Positions 8,735 through 19,109 of a stretch of DNA of 32,000 nt are shown here, piece by piece. The stretch is taken from positions 1,124,032 through 1,156,031 of the forward strand of contig OZ248515.1 in the NCBI GenBank assembly GCA_965234525.1, in the 5' to 3' direction. Made by a program: the position numbers and the translations under genes. A model generated the notes under the pieces. That model made no database searches. It saw only the letters and a list, made by a program, of their open reading frames with translations, and was not told where the DNA came from. Origin of the DNA: Caulobacteraceae bacterium. GTDB taxonomy: Bacteria > Pseudomonadota > Alphaproteobacteria > Caulobacterales > Aquidulcibacteraceae. Each line of letters opens with the position of its first letter. Position 1 is the stretch's first letter.

Positions 8735-9425
8735 AGCTCAGGAAGATCGGCTGGCAATCGCCGAGCTTCTTGGTCTCGTAACGCGTCGTGATGTGGTCTT
8801 CAGGCGGGGTCCGCCAGTCGCTTGCTGCCTCGGCCAGCCAGTCAAATCCGCCATGCTGGGTAACTCTCTCAAGCGTCCAAGCAGCATAATTTGCCCAGTC
8901 AGTAGCAAACCGAAGCTCTCCGCCGGGCTTCAATGCCCGTTGAGCATCATCCAAAAACGAGTGCTGAATCAAGCGGCGCTTATTGTGCTTGGCTTTGTGC
9001 CACGGGTCCGGGAACAAGATTACAAGCTTATCGAGACTGCCAAGCTTTAGCGCTTTCAACACCGGCCTTGCATCGGAGGCCAAGAGACGCACGTTGGTTA
9101 GGCCGCGATCCTCTATCCCTACTAAGGCCTTCGCAACGCCTTCTTGGAAAGGTTCCGCGCCCAGGAATAAATGGTTTGGATGACGCTGAGCTTGCCCAAT
9201 CAAATGTTCGCCCCCGCCAAAACCAATTTCAAAGATCACCGCCTCTGCGGCAGGCATCCAGTGAAGCGGATCTAGCGTTTCAGAAGGTTCTGCGGGGATC
9301 GATAAGCTTGGAAACAACGTTTCAAACAACTGCTCTTGGCGATCAGACAGCGCGCGCCCGCGCACTCGGCCAAAGGATCGAAGCGGCCCAAAAGGCTTAG
9401 GAGCGGAAAAATCAGGATTAGACAT
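8709..9425 (-). CDS. trmB: tRNA (guanine46-N7)-methyltransferase
   Basis: SAM-binding motif EIGFGGGEHL and the motif ILFPDPWHKAKHNKRR. The likely start is ATG 9425 (MSNPDFS...) rather than the far-upstream 9506. Its 3' end overlaps the ABC gene's 3' end by 26 nt. Confidence 0.85.
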   Translation of the reverse strand: MSNPDFSAPKPFGPLRSFGRVRGRALSDRQEQLFETLFPSLSIPAEPSETLDPLHWMPAAEAVIFEIGFGGGEHLIGQAQRHPNHLFLGAEPFQEGVAKALVGIEDRGLTNVRLLASDARPVLKALKLGSLDKLVILFPDPWHKAKHNKRRLIQHSFLDDAQRALKPGGELRFATDWANYAAWTLERVTQHGGFDWLAEAASDWRTPPEDHITTRYETKKLGDCQPIFLSFTARQQAS

Positions 9426-9568
9426 CGGTTGATTATGCCTGTTTGCCTGCCCTGGGACCAGACCGCCGCCCACAGCCGAGGCAGCGAAGTCGATGACGCT
9501 GAACAAACGCGAACTCTATGTCCGTTTCTTAAGCGTCATTTCACATTTGCTGATTAGCCTATGGTGCA

Positions 9569-10102
9569 ATGAAACTGGGGAGTAATCGCGTGTCTAACCC
9601 TTGCTTGAAATGCCCAACGGACCAAAGCTGTTGTCGCGAACTTCATGGCCTGAAGATCAACGAAGCAGAATACACGCAGCTTTTTGCTGGAAAGAGTGAA
9701 CACCTTACCGTCACGCGGAAAGGAAAATTGTACGAGCTTTCCTCCCTTGGGAACGGTCCGTGCCCTAATTGGAACCAGCAATGCCAAGTCTATGGCAACC
9801 GGCCAATGGACTGTGACCTTTACCCCTACACGATGGGCAATGTGTTTGAGGGGGATGGGGAGGTTTATGCAACCTACCACAGCCGCACCGAATGCCCACT
9901 GACGGCTGAGCTCTTAGGCCCCCGCGAAAATGCGGAAGCCATGATACGGAAGTTTCTGACAGACACCTATGGCGAGCATTGCAAGGTCACGGTTCGCTAT
10001 GATGAAGGGGCGGCAAGACTTTACCACCTAGCGCGCCGGGCAGCCGCGAAGGCGAAGAGGCTACTCGCCGGCGAAAAAGCCTATGAGAGATTTCTAGATT
10101 GA
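9569..10102 (+). CDS. YkgJ-family cysteine-cluster (zinc/iron-chelating domain) protein
   Basis: 177-aa ORF with an N-terminal CxxCx5CC cluster (NPCLKCPTDQSCC). A second Cys group is GPCPNW...CQVYGNRPMDCDLYPYT. Confidence 0.7.
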   Translation: MKLGSNRVSNPCLKCPTDQSCCRELHGLKINEAEYTQLFAGKSEHLTVTRKGKLYELSSLGNGPCPNWNQQCQVYGNRPMDCDLYPYTMGNVFEGDGEVYATYHSRTECPLTAELLGPRENAEAMIRKFLTDTYGEHCKVTVRYDEGAARLYHLARRAAAKAKRLLAGEKAYERFLD

Positions 10103-10222
10103 GACTTGCGACCCGGTGTGACGCTATCTGGACCAGTGGCTTTTTGGCAGGGCATGGTGGGAAGATGATTGATAAGTCTTGCGTCGGCCAGCATTCTCTG
10201 ATGCCGGAACCATGATGCGGAC

Positions 10223-11590
10223 TTACTGCCCTGAAGGGATTAGCGTGATGTCTGTTTGGCGACCATCGATGTAGCGCACGTGAGTCCCATCAAAGAATGC
10301 GTTCTCTTCAGCCCGAAAATCGACGCGCTGACCGTCCCATTCGGGCACTGCGGCGAAAGTTGTCAGCTCAATTGACCAAGCCGTATTCGCGGCAATCAAG
10401 CCGCTGCCGCGTGGATCAGCATTCTGATTATCCCAAAATCCGATTGAGGGGCCTGCGCCGTGACCATGCAAGCCAATTGGATGCGAGTAAATTGATGCAT
10501 CAAGACCGGCCGCCGCCGCTTCTGCCCGTGTAAGCGCCAGCACCTCGTTGCCACTGCGCCCAGTTGCGAAATTGCGGGTGAGCATATCTTGGACACGGTT
10601 GCTGTTTGCTAGCCCCTGCCTGAGGCCCGCGGGCGCTTTGCTCTCGCCCGGCTTCAAGACATAAGCGAGATGCTGCATGTCGGTATTCAGCCGCAGGTAT
10701 GTGATGCCAAAATCTGTCCATAACAAATCGCCGGGCTGGATCACTTCCTCGCCTTCGAGCATGCCTTTGGCACCCTTGCGCTGGATCCCGACGGACGGAT
10801 GAAACCACGGATCCAGGCCGAGTTGGAGCAGCCGGTCGCGATACCACCACTGCACCTGCTCTGCCGTCGTCACGCCCGGGGTGATGACCGACCGCGAAAA
10901 CGCTTCGCCAATCACCTTATGAGCCATTCGCATGAGTGTCGGGTAGATCTCCATTTCTGCGGGCGTGCGCGTTTCAAGCCAACGGATGGCGAGCGCTTCG
11001 CCACTGACGATCCGCGCCTGCAAAGGAGCAGGCAAAGCGGCAACAAACTTCTGATACTGACTGAGCGTCATACCATCGGCGAACTGATAAAGATCGGAGG
11101 TGTTGATCGCAATTTTTCCGGGATTACGCTGCGCGATTATGTCTGCGACCGCCTTCCACTGATCCGGCTGCTTACTCGGATCCCAAGCTGGCGCGAACAA
11201 GCCGCCAAGCCCATAGCGGCTGACGGTTAGGCGCTCGATCGGCTTCCCATTACCTGGGTCGTAGAAGATCAAAATTGTACGCCGGCGTGCATGCATGTTT
11301 TCCGCATCCAGCATCGATGCAACCACCGGCTCTTCAAAATATTCACGGGCCACCAGCAGCCATAAATCGATGCGCTGTTCGCGCATGATCGCGGGGATGA
11401 TGGTGTCAAGCCGCTCCGCCAAAATGCGGTTCTCCGTTTTCGCTCGCTCGCGCGCGCTTTGGATCGGGGGCAGCGCGGGTGAGTGTTCGCCAGCCTGGCT
11501 TATCGTTACGGGCGCTGGTGCAGCGGCGACAGGAAGCGCAATAAGTGCCGCAAACAGCGCCACCCCAAAAACCCTATTTGTTGCCATCAT
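10223..11590 (-). CDS. Secreted M24-family metallopeptidase (Xaa-Pro aminopeptidase-like)
   Basis: Signal peptide MMATNRVFGVALFAALIALPVAAAPA and a C-terminal pita-bread-fold-like segment (DLLWTDFGITY...HPIGLHGHG...SIELT). A GGGAGGG RBS precedes the ATGATG at 11590/11587. The ORF-track start at 11635 is probably too far upstream. Confidence 0.8.
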   Translation of the reverse strand: MMATNRVFGVALFAALIALPVAAAPAPVTISQAGEHSPALPPIQSARERAKTENRILAERLDTIIPAIMREQRIDLWLLVAREYFEEPVVASMLDAENMHARRRTILIFYDPGNGKPIERLTVSRYGLGGLFAPAWDPSKQPDQWKAVADIIAQRNPGKIAINTSDLYQFADGMTLSQYQKFVAALPAPLQARIVSGEALAIRWLETRTPAEMEIYPTLMRMAHKVIGEAFSRSVITPGVTTAEQVQWWYRDRLLQLGLDPWFHPSVGIQRKGAKGMLEGEEVIQPGDLLWTDFGITYLRLNTDMQHLAYVLKPGESKAPAGLRQGLANSNRVQDMLTRNFATGRSGNEVLALTRAEAAAAGLDASIYSHPIGLHGHGAGPSIGFWDNQNADPRGSGLIAANTAWSIELTTFAAVPEWDGQRVDFRAEENAFFDGTHVRYIDGRQTDITLIPSGQ

Positions 11591-11850
11591 GCCCTCCCGA
11601 ACCAAGTGTGTCGACGCTACCCGATCGCGGCGCAAGCATCAAATCCCAGCCTTAACGAACATCGGCCAACGCTAACACCCTAAGCAAACCGGAGGACATT
11701 GCTTTGAGGCTTTGGTTTCTTCTCGATCGAGCCGGTCATTGAGTGAGCACGTGCGGGAATGACCGAAACACGTCGGAACAGCCTTTGAACAATTACCTTA
11801 CCGTCAGCCAGTCTGCGATTTAAACGCCACAGAGTTAGACGCTGAAGACG

Positions 11851-12258
11851 CTAATCATTATCGGCCAAGATTTTGATGAGTTCGATCACTTTTTTGCGTT
11901 GGGCGCTGGATTTTAAGCGGGCGTAATCGGCCAAAAGCTCTAACGCGCCGGGGGCCGACAATAGACTTGCGGTTGAAAGAGTTTCAGTTTCGTTTTGCGT
12001 TTCGGAAACACCTGGCCCTAGGGCCACGTTCAGACCATCAAAAAAAAACGATGGATCAACGCTTAAGAGGCCACATAATTGGAACAAGCGACTGGCTCCG
12101 ACACGGTTCAGCCCGCGCTCGTACTTTTGAACTTGTTGAAATGATAAGCCCAGCAATTCGGCTAAGCGTTCTTGGCTGATGCCCAAATCTTCGCGCCGCT
12201 GTTTCAAGCGACAGCCAACATAAGCATCAACAGAAGTAGATCGACGGTGATTGATCAT
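11851..12258 (-). CDS. XRE-family helix-turn-helix transcriptional regulator
   Basis: HTH_3 motif: VGCRLKQRREDLGISQERLAELLGLSFQQVQKYERGLNRVGASRL. It lies just downstream of lnt (24-bp gap), in the same orientation. The start may be ATG 12258 or GTG 12282. Confidence 0.8.
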   Translation of the reverse strand: MINHRRSTSVDAYVGCRLKQRREDLGISQERLAELLGLSFQQVQKYERGLNRVGASRLFQLCGLLSVDPSFFFDGLNVALGPGVSETQNETETLSTASLLSAPGALELLADYARLKSSAQRKKVIELIKILADND

Positions 12259-12306
12259 AAAACCTAGCCTTGGTATTGCCACTATTTCAATGAAGAGTTG
12301 ATTGTG

Positions 12307-13920
12307 TCAATGCCGCTTGTGTCGCCAAACCGCCATTAAGCTAAAGCCAAGTATCAAAAACCCAAACTTAAGCTCCCCAAACCGAGCATAAAGTGTCGGG
12401 CCAGCCGTAGACGGCAAACGAGCAGTTGCATAGCCGGCACCTGCGCGATGCTCTGAGACGGGGCGACCAAGCCGGTCTACGATAGCCGACCACCCCCCGC
12501 TGGCCGAGCGCACGAGAGGCAAGCCAGTCTCGATAGCCCGATAGCGCGCTTGTGCATAATGCTGGTCTGGACCCAATAGGTCGCCATACCAGGCGTCAAT
12601 CGACACATTTAAAATCCATGCGGCTTTGCCAGTCGCCTGCTTATTAAAGCTTGGGAACACAATCTCATAGCAGATACGGGCATCAGCCAAAGGCGCTTTG
12701 GGAAGGCTTAAGGTCGTGGGCTCAGGGCCCGGCGACATCTCGCCATCATAGGAAACCAAACTAGCAATGCCGAGGGCCTTGAAGAGCGGACGCAGCGGCA
12801 GATACTCGCCAAATGGCACCAGATGATGCTTGTCATAGACCGAACGGGTAGTCAGACCACCCTGCTCGACGTCAAAAACCAAAAGGCTATTGGTATAGAC
12901 TGGCTGCCCGGCCAGAAGGTCCCGTCGGATTGAACCGACCGCCAATGTACGCGCGCCCAGACGGGCTTGGATCTGATCTAGGACAAAGGACTCTTCCAGA
13001 AGAAGGAATGGAAATGCCCCCTCGGGCCAAACAACAATATCGGCCTTTTGCGCCTCTGGCGTTTCCAATAGGCCCAGATAGGTTTCCACGATCTCGATGG
13101 TGTTGGCCGGGTCCCATACATCTTTTTGGCTAAAGCCTGCTTGCCCCGCCGCGATGATAGGGCCGTTCCCGGCCATCTGGCTAATTGGCCCGGCTGCACG
13201 TAACTGGAAAAAGCCATAAGCAAAGCTAGCACATGCGAGAATACCCGCCGCAATCAGGGTCATTGGTGGTTTACGCGGCTCGCCCTTTACCAAAAGAACC
13301 ACTGGGGTGGCCAAGACCCATAGGGTCAAAAATGATAGGCCGTATGGGCCGATCAAACCTGCAACCTGACTAATCGCCTCACCCGGCTTCCAGATATAGG
13401 CGGGCAAGTTCCACGGCAGCCCCGTAAACAAATGGCTGCGGACAAACTCACTGACGCCAAAGCAAACCGCAAACGTCATGAGACGCGCAGCGCCTGCGCC
13501 CCAAATGAACATCGCGGCTAAGCCTGCTAAGCCCCAATAAACCCCCATCGCCGCGGGCAGGGCTGTAACCGCAAACGGCATTAGAATGGCGAACTTCTCT
13601 GCATCCACCAAAAACGCATTGCCGACCCAAAACATCCCAGCCAGAAAATAGCCAAACCCCCAAGACCAGCTACGCCAGAAGGCGGAGCGTAAGCGGTTTT
13701 TGTTCTGATACGCCCCATCCAATAAGATGACGAGACCGCAGATCGAAACCGCAAAAGCTGGCCAAAAATGGAACGGCGCATGACCCAGTACGGCGAGCGC
13801 GCCCAACAACATCGCGCACAAGCCCGACAACCAAGCAGGCTTATTTGGCCCCAAGATGGCTATGGGATGACGGATCTCGGGTTCAGCCGCTTGGGGCAGA
13901 GTTCCTGCGGCCTCTGTCAC
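12307..13920 (-). CDS. lnt: Apolipoprotein N-acyltransferase
   Basis: 537 aa with N-terminal multi-TM helices and a CN-hydrolase domain. The E/K/C triad context is VVWPEGAFP, DKHHLVPFGEYLP, ARICYEIVFP. Its GTG start overlaps the corC stop (GTGA). Confidence 0.9.
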   Translation of the reverse strand: MTEAAGTLPQAAEPEIRHPIAILGPNKPAWLSGLCAMLLGALAVLGHAPFHFWPAFAVSICGLVILLDGAYQNKNRLRSAFWRSWSWGFGYFLAGMFWVGNAFLVDAEKFAILMPFAVTALPAAMGVYWGLAGLAAMFIWGAGAARLMTFAVCFGVSEFVRSHLFTGLPWNLPAYIWKPGEAISQVAGLIGPYGLSFLTLWVLATPVVLLVKGEPRKPPMTLIAAGILACASFAYGFFQLRAAGPISQMAGNGPIIAAGQAGFSQKDVWDPANTIEIVETYLGLLETPEAQKADIVVWPEGAFPFLLLEESFVLDQIQARLGARTLAVGSIRRDLLAGQPVYTNSLLVFDVEQGGLTTRSVYDKHHLVPFGEYLPLRPLFKALGIASLVSYDGEMSPGPEPTTLSLPKAPLADARICYEIVFPSFNKQATGKAAWILNVSIDAWYGDLLGPDQHYAQARYRAIETGLPLVRSASGGWSAIVDRLGRPVSEHRAGAGYATARLPSTAGPTLYARFGELKFGFLILGFSLMAVWRHKRH

Positions 13921-14849
13921 GCAGAGGGTACCTGCAAACTATCGGTATTAGCCTTTTCGACTGCCTTCGCAGAACGGATACGCACCCGCTTGATCCGCCG
14001 CGGGTCTGCGTCAATCACTTCAAAATCATAGCCGGTTGGGTGATGAAGAATTTCGCCCCGCGGAGGCACCCGACCTGCGAGCGCGAAGACCAAACCGCCA
14101 AGCGTGTCGATATCATCTTCCATATCTTCCAGCGTCAGATCGACCCCAGCGCGCTCTGAAAAATCATCCAATTCCACCCGTGCATCGGCTTCCCAAACGC
14201 CATTGCCGGTATCGACGATTAAATCTTGGTCGAGATCGTCATGCTCATCATCAATATCGCCGATGATTTCTTCAACGAGATCTTCAATGGTCACAAGTCC
14301 ATCTGTGCCGCCATATTCGTCTATCACCAATGCCATGTGACACCGCTTCGCGCGCATTTGAAGCAACAAGTTCGGAAGCTTCATAGAGATGGGCACATAG
14401 AGCAAATCGCGCTTAAGCCGACCCAACACAAGATCATCCAATTTAGCTTTGGTCTCGCCTTGCTCATCCGGGATCAACAGCGACAGAATGTCTTTAACAT
14501 GGACAAACCCCAAAGGTGTATCGAGGTTTTCGGCGTAAACTGGCATGCGTGAATGCTGATGCTCTTCAAACATGCGGGCGACTTCACCCAGCGGCATTTC
14601 GATGTCGACGGCCGTAATGTCCGCGCGAGGCACCATCACATCGCGCACAGACAAGCGGTCAAAGCTGGCTGCTTTGACGATCATGTCCTTTTGATTGCGC
14701 TCAATGGTTTCGCCCGATTGCTCGCGCTCACGCAGAAGCTCTGCGGGGTCTAGGCCGGCATAATCATTCTGGCGACGCAATTTCTGCGTCCATCGCTTCC
14801 AAAAGCTAGGTTTCTTGGCTGAGTTACTACTGGATGGGTCGTCAGTCAT
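13917..14849 (-). CDS. corC: CBS-pair / CorC_HlyC transporter-associated domain protein (CorC/YbeX, 'hemolysin C'-like)
   Basis: CBS-pair region ([11 protein letters not shown]...VHVKDIL) followed by a CorC_HlyC C-terminal domain. It holds the ybeX position of the ybeZYX-lnt operon. ATG 14849 (MTDDPSSS) is preferred over TTG 14870, and it overlaps the ybeY stop by 8 nt. Confidence 0.85.
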   Translation of the reverse strand: MTDDPSSSNSAKKPSFWKRWTQKLRRQNDYAGLDPAELLREREQSGETIERNQKDMIVKAASFDRLSVRDVMVPRADITAVDIEMPLGEVARMFEEHQHSRMPVYAENLDTPLGFVHVKDILSLLIPDEQGETKAKLDDLVLGRLKRDLLYVPISMKLPNLLLQMRAKRCHMALVIDEYGGTDGLVTIEDLVEEIIGDIDDEHDDLDQDLIVDTGNGVWEADARVELDDFSERAGVDLTLEDMEDDIDTLGGLVFALAGRVPPRGEILHHPTGYDFEVIDADPRRIKRVRIRSAKAVEKANTDSLQVPSA

Positions 14850-16338
14850 GGGTGTGATAAGGATCAGCAATGCCGAGGCTTGCCAATATCTCTCTCTCTA
14901 AGCCTTCCATCTCCGCCGCGTCATCTTCGGCTTCATGATCATATCCTAAAAGATGTAATAGCCCATGCACAAGTAGATGGGTAGCGTGATCTTTAAGATT
15001 CTTGCCTTGCTCTTGAGCCTCACGGGCACAGGTTTCATAGGCGAGGGCAACATCACCCAATGTCTTCTCCAACGCATGCACTGTCTCAGGTGCCGGAAAA
15101 GACAGGACATTTGTCGGCTGATCCTTATGCCGCCACTGGGCATTCAAACCTTGAACCACCGCGTCGCTGGTCATGAGCAACGCAAAGCTGTCTCCCGCTG
15201 GATCAAAATAACGTGAGACGACTTTCACAATCTTGCCGACTTCCGCTTCGGAATCAGGGCCAAACACCCCATGCCATCCTTCGATTTCAATTTGGACATC
15301 AACGTCAAAAGAAGCAGATTCCTCAGCCATCACGGGCTCTGGCGTTACCGGTGGCGAAGTCGGTGCGGGTGTCACATCTGCCACTTCGCGCTCATAGGCC
15401 GAAACAATCCGCCCGACGAGTGGGTGGCGAACCACGTCTTCGGCTGTGAAATGGACGATCTTCATCCCTTCTACACGTCGCAAAATGCGCAAGGCGTGGG
15501 GCAGACCGGAATCGCTGGAGCGCGGCAAATCAATCTGACTTGGGTCGCCATTGACGGCCATGCGCGAGCCCTCACCTAGGCGAGTCAGCAGCATTTTCAT
15601 CTGCATGCGCGTGGTATTTTGCGCTTCGTCCACGATGACAAAAGCATCAGACAAGGTGCGCCCGCGCATGAACGCTAAGGGTGCGACTTCAATTTCACCG
15701 GCTGCTTTTCGGCGCTCTAATTGGGCGGCACCCAGTAAAGTTTTGAAAGCATCCCAAATTGGTTGCAGATAGGGATCGACCTTTTCTTCAAGGTCGCCAG
15801 GCAGAAAGCCCAATCGTTCGCCGGCTTCCACCGCGGGGCGGGTGACGACGACGCGCGAAACGCGGCCCTCCAGCAACATCGAGACGGCGACGGCCACTGC
15901 TAGAAAAGTCTTGCCGGTCCCGGCAGGTCCAACGCCAAAAACCAAATCAAACTCACCACCCATCAGCGCATCTAGATAGACAGACTGGGTTGGGGTTCTA
16001 GGTTTGATGTCAGCGCGACGACCCGGTAAAGCCAACGCCCCGCTACGCGCACGCGACCCGGCGCGCACAAATGTAATGGCAGAGCGAACCTCAGGCAGCC
16101 CTAACGCCATCCCCGCTGCCGCCTTTTCAATCAAAGACTGCAAGGCCTCGCGTGCCTGATTAACAGACACGGGATCATCGCCATGGACAAGAATATCACC
16201 ACCTTGAGCCGTGACATCAACGCCAAATGCATCTTCGACCAAGGTCAGATTGCGATGGGCGGGCCCGGCCACCACAGGCACTAAGCTTGGGTTGGAGAGC
16301 GCGACGCGGCCCTCTTCAGACTTGCGACGACGCGTCAC
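14842..16338 (-). CDS. phoH/ybeY: PhoH-like ATPase (YbeZ) read in frame with the endoribonuclease YbeY as a single ORF
   Basis: The N-terminal ~336 aa are PhoH-like (Walker [32 protein letters not shown]). A Pro/Thr linker [14 protein letters not shown] follows. The C-terminal 162 aa (ATG 15330 to 14842) are YbeY, with the metal site [16 protein letters not shown] retranslated the junction from the DNA and found no stop codon. The likely start is GTG 16338, overlapping the miaB stop (GTGA). The ORF-track start at 16452 would overlap miaB by 118 nt. Confidence 0.8.
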   Translation of the reverse strand: MTRRRKSEEGRVALSNPSLVPVVAGPAHRNLTLVEDAFGVDVTAQGGDILVHGDDPVSVNQAREALQSLIEKAAAGMALGLPEVRSAITFVRAGSRARSGALALPGRRADIKPRTPTQSVYLDALMGGEFDLVFGVGPAGTGKTFLAVAVAVSMLLEGRVSRVVVTRPAVEAGERLGFLPGDLEEKVDPYLQPIWDAFKTLLGAAQLERRKAAGEIEVAPLAFMRGRTLSDAFVIVDEAQNTTRMQMKMLLTRLGEGSRMAVNGDPSQIDLPRSSDSGLPHALRILRRVEGMKIVHFTAEDVVRHPLVGRIVSAYEREVADVTPAPTSPPVTPEPVMAEESASFDVDVQIEIEGWHGVFGPDSEAEVGKIVKVVSRYFDPAGDSFALLMTSDAVVQGLNAQWRHKDQPTNVLSFPAPETVHALEKTLGDVALAYETCAREAQEQGKNLKDHATHLLVHGLLHLLGYDHEAEDDAAEMEGLEREILASLGIADPYHTHD

Positions 16339-17762
16339 GAAGCTGACACCAATTCCCCAGTGAGGGAATTCGGCATAGTGCCAATGATGCGTACGCTGTG
16401 AAGCTGGCCAATCAATTGCTCTGGCCCCGCAACATGGACGGACTGCAACCACGGCGACCGGCCGAGGATCTGGCCTTCATTGCGGCCTTTTCCCGTAAAG
16501 AGCACGTCAAACGTCTCCCCGACTTTGGCGGCATTGAAGGCGCGCTGCTGCTCAAGGATCAAAGCCTGCAAGCGTTGCAAACGATCATCGGCCACGTCGG
16601 AGGCGACTTGGCCATACATTTCCGAGGCAGGTGTGCCGGGGCGTTTAGAATATTTGAAGCTATAGGCACCCGCATAACCAACAGCGCGAACCAACTCCAT
16701 CGTATCTTCAAAGTCTTGCTCGGTCTCACCTGGGAAACCCACAATGAAATCAGAGGCCAAAGCAATATCGGGACGGGCTTTACGCACCTTCGCGATACTA
16801 TCGAGATAGCTCTCCACGCTGTGCTTCCGGTTCATAGCTTTCAGGATTTTGTTGGAGCCAGACTGCACGGGCAAATGCAGATAGGGCATCAATTCTTTCA
16901 CCTCGCCATGGGCCTCGATCAAGTCATCATCCATGTCACAGGGGTGAGATGTCGTATAACGGATCCGTTCGATCCCGCCGATTTTGGCTAAATGGCGAAC
17001 CAATTGTGCCAAGGACCATGTTTCAGAGCCTGCCAGCGCTGGACCTTGGCCGTGATAGGCGTTGACGTTCTGGCCCAAAAGCGTGATTTCGCGCACACCC
17101 TGTTGGGCAAGGCCGCGTGCTTCTTGAATAATGGGGTCCACTGGCCGCGAATATTCCGCCCCGCGCGTATAGGGCACCACACAGAACGTGCAGAACTTAT
17201 CGCACCCTTCTTGCACAGACAAAAAGGCCGATGGCCCGTCGGGTGTACGCAGGGTAGGCAGCGCATCAAATTTTTCTACCGCCTCAAAGCTCGTCTCAAG
17301 GCGCTCGCCAGTGGCGCGGGCTGCCCGCGCAATGAGCTCAGGTAGTTTGTGGTAGGCTTGCGGGCCAACCACCAAATCGACAGCCGGTGCACGACGCATG
17401 ATTTCTTCGCCTTCGGCTTGGGCAACACAGCCTGCAATAGCGATTGTCATTTTGTTGCCATTCAGCGCCATCTCATCCTTGTGCGCTTTCAAGCGTCCGA
17501 TTTCGGAATAGACTTTTTCAGTCGCCTTCTCGCGAATGTGGCAGGTATTGAGCACAACAAGGTTCGCATGATCGGGCTTATCAACCGAGCTATAACCCAG
17601 AGGCCGCAAGACATCGGCCATGCGTTCACTGTCATAGACATTCATCTGACAGCCATAAGTCTGAATAAACAGGGTTTTGCCGGCTACGGCATCGCCCGTT
17701 TGCACAGGTGTCAGTCGATCCATCAGATCGTCTTTGTGGGATGTTGCGGCGTCTTCATGCAT
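16335..17762 (-). CDS. miaB: tRNA-i6A37 methylthiotransferase MiaB (radical SAM)
   Basis: N-terminal UPF0004 motif [10 protein letters not shown], radical-SAM cluster [16 protein letters not shown] and a C-terminal TRAM domain. Confidence 0.95.
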   Translation of the reverse strand: MHEDAATSHKDDLMDRLTPVQTGDAVAGKTLFIQTYGCQMNVYDSERMADVLRPLGYSSVDKPDHANLVVLNTCHIREKATEKVYSEIGRLKAHKDEMALNGNKMTIAIAGCVAQAEGEEIMRRAPAVDLVVGPQAYHKLPELIARAARATGERLETSFEAVEKFDALPTLRTPDGPSAFLSVQEGCDKFCTFCVVPYTRGAEYSRPVDPIIQEARGLAQQGVREITLLGQNVNAYHGQGPALAGSETWSLAQLVRHLAKIGGIERIRYTTSHPCDMDDDLIEAHGEVKELMPYLHLPVQSGSNKILKAMNRKHSVESYLDSIAKVRKARPDIALASDFIVGFPGETEQDFEDTMELVRAVGYAGAYSFKYSKRPGTPASEMYGQVASDVADDRLQRLQALILEQQRAFNAAKVGETFDVLFTGKGRNEGQILGRSPWLQSVHVAGPEQLIGQLHSVRIIGTMPNSLTGELVSAS

Positions 17763-17840
17763 GAAGCCAGCCTAAAACGCCAAACGCGGCGAATACGCAA
17801 GAGCATTCAAGCAACACTTTGCCTGAGAATCCAGATGATA

Positions 17841-18347
17841 TCAGGCGATGAAGGCCACAGCATCGCCCGGCTTGGCCTGCTTCAAAAGTTCGCGCAAGTC
17901 TGCTTCAGCCAAGGCCACACAGCCTTCCGTCGGCCGGTAGTCTTCTGACGCACAGTGCATGAAGATGGCGGATCCCATGGCGGGAACGACCGGATCATCA
18001 TTATGACCAAGGACCACGACAATATTGTAGAGCCCATCCTCGCGCCACAAATGTTCAGCGCTGGCCGGATAGGGGTGCGTGATCGGACGGTTATAATTGG
18101 GATCTTCGGCCGCATCACACCATCCATCGTGGGGTTGAATGGCCGTTGCCTCAAACCCAGACGCCGGCTTGGGCCCGCGATCTTCACGCCAGAGAATTGC
18201 GCGGATCGGCCACACCCCCAAAGGACTGGCCCCATCGCCTTCACGCTTCTCTTGGGCGGATTTAGCACCGCCCTTACCAATGGAACACCGCACTTTCGTC
18301 TGACCATAGGTCAACCAACCTGATGTTGATGCTGCAAAAACCTGCAT
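17841..18347 (-). CDS. YkuD-family L,D-transpeptidase-like protein
   Basis: Catalytic His/Cys motif AIFMHCASEDYRPTEGCVAL. The plausible start is ATG 18347 (MQVFAAS...), because the longer ORF to 18413 would run into the divergent regulator's upstream region. Confidence 0.7.
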   Translation of the reverse strand: MQVFAASTSGWLTYGQTKVRCSIGKGGAKSAQEKREGDGASPLGVWPIRAILWREDRGPKPASGFEATAIQPHDGWCDAAEDPNYNRPITHPYPASAEHLWREDGLYNIVVVLGHNDDPVVPAMGSAIFMHCASEDYRPTEGCVALAEADLRELLKQAKPGDAVAFIA

Positions 18348-18422
18348 AAAATCCCCCAGATCAAGACTCTGTGATGCAGCGCCCTCTTGTATCAGGCAAT
18401 AGGGTACAACCATGTAGAGCCC

Positions 18423-19109
18423 ATGTCACGCAAGCGCACCCTTCTTCTGGTTGATGACGACCATGATCTCCGCACCACCTTGGCCGAGCAATTCGAGCTA
18501 ACGGGGGAATTTGATACCGTTATGGCGCAAGATGCGGCCAGCGGCGTCGCCGCAGCCCGCACCAAGGGTCCTGACCTGATCCTGCTGGATATCGATTTGC
18601 CTGATCTGGACGGTCGCGAAGCCTGCAAAGCGATCCGCACCGGCGGGTTTGCTGGCCCAATCATCATGCTAACCGGCCAGTCCACTGATTCCGATACGGT
18701 TTTGGGCTTAGATGCTGGCGCTAATGACTATGTCACCAAACCGTTCCGTTTTGCTGTACTTTTGGCCCGTGTCCGTGCCCACTTGCGCAGCCATGATCAA
18801 ACCGATGTCGCAACGCTGAAAATTGGCCCCTACGACTTTAAGCCAGCGAACCGGACCTTGACCGATGCAAGTGGTAAGCGAATTCGATTGACGGACAAGG
18901 AAGCGGCCATTTTGCGCTATCTCTACCGATCTGGCGCTAAGGCTGTGCCGCGCGATGAATTGTTGCGTGAAGTCTGGGGCTATAATGCAGCAGTTACGAC
19001 CCACACGCTAGAAACCCACATCTACCGACTACGCCAAAAAATCGAGCCGGTTTCCAGCCGCAATGGCCTGTTGATCACCGAAGGCGGCGGCTATCGCTTA
19101 GAGCCCTAG
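18423..19109 (+). CDS. OmpR-family response regulator (receiver plus winged-helix DNA-binding domain), orphan
   Basis: Receiver motifs LLLVDDD, DLILLDIDLPDLDG and YVTKPF, with a winged-helix C-terminal domain (LTDKEAAILRYL...THTLETHIYRLRQKI). No histidine kinase gene is adjacent. The start is ATG 18423 (MSRKRT...). Confidence 0.9.
   Translation: MSRKRTLLLVDDDHDLRTTLAEQFELTGEFDTVMAQDAASGVAAARTKGPDLILLDIDLPDLDGREACKAIRTGGFAGPIIMLTGQSTDSDTVLGLDAGANDYVTKPFRFAVLLARVRAHLRSHDQTDVATLKIGPYDFKPANRTLTDASGKRIRLTDKEAAILRYLYRSGAKAVPRDELLREVWGYNAAVTTHTLETHIYRLRQKIEPVSSRNGLLITEGGGYRLEP

Noticed and set aside
11733-11765. An 8-bp inverted repeat CGGTCATT...AATGACCG with a 17-nt loop, located downstream of the XRE gene.
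   Set aside because: The loop is long and neither strand has a U-tract. A single 8-bp repeat is within chance expectation for a 32-kb window, so I do not call it a terminator.
16339-16452. Upstream extension of the phoH ORF, which would overlap the miaB 3' end by 118 nt.
   Set aside because: A GTG at 16338 gives the common GTGA stop/start coupling with miaB and a normal-length PhoH N-terminus. The extension ([19 protein letters not shown]...) looks non-coding.
19106-19109. The palindromic tetranucleotide CTAG provides the stop codon for both convergent genes (response regulator TAG and GntR TAG).
   Set aside because: It is real in the sequence, but a 4-nt convergent overlap through a palindromic stop is a common trivial arrangement with no evident functional implication.
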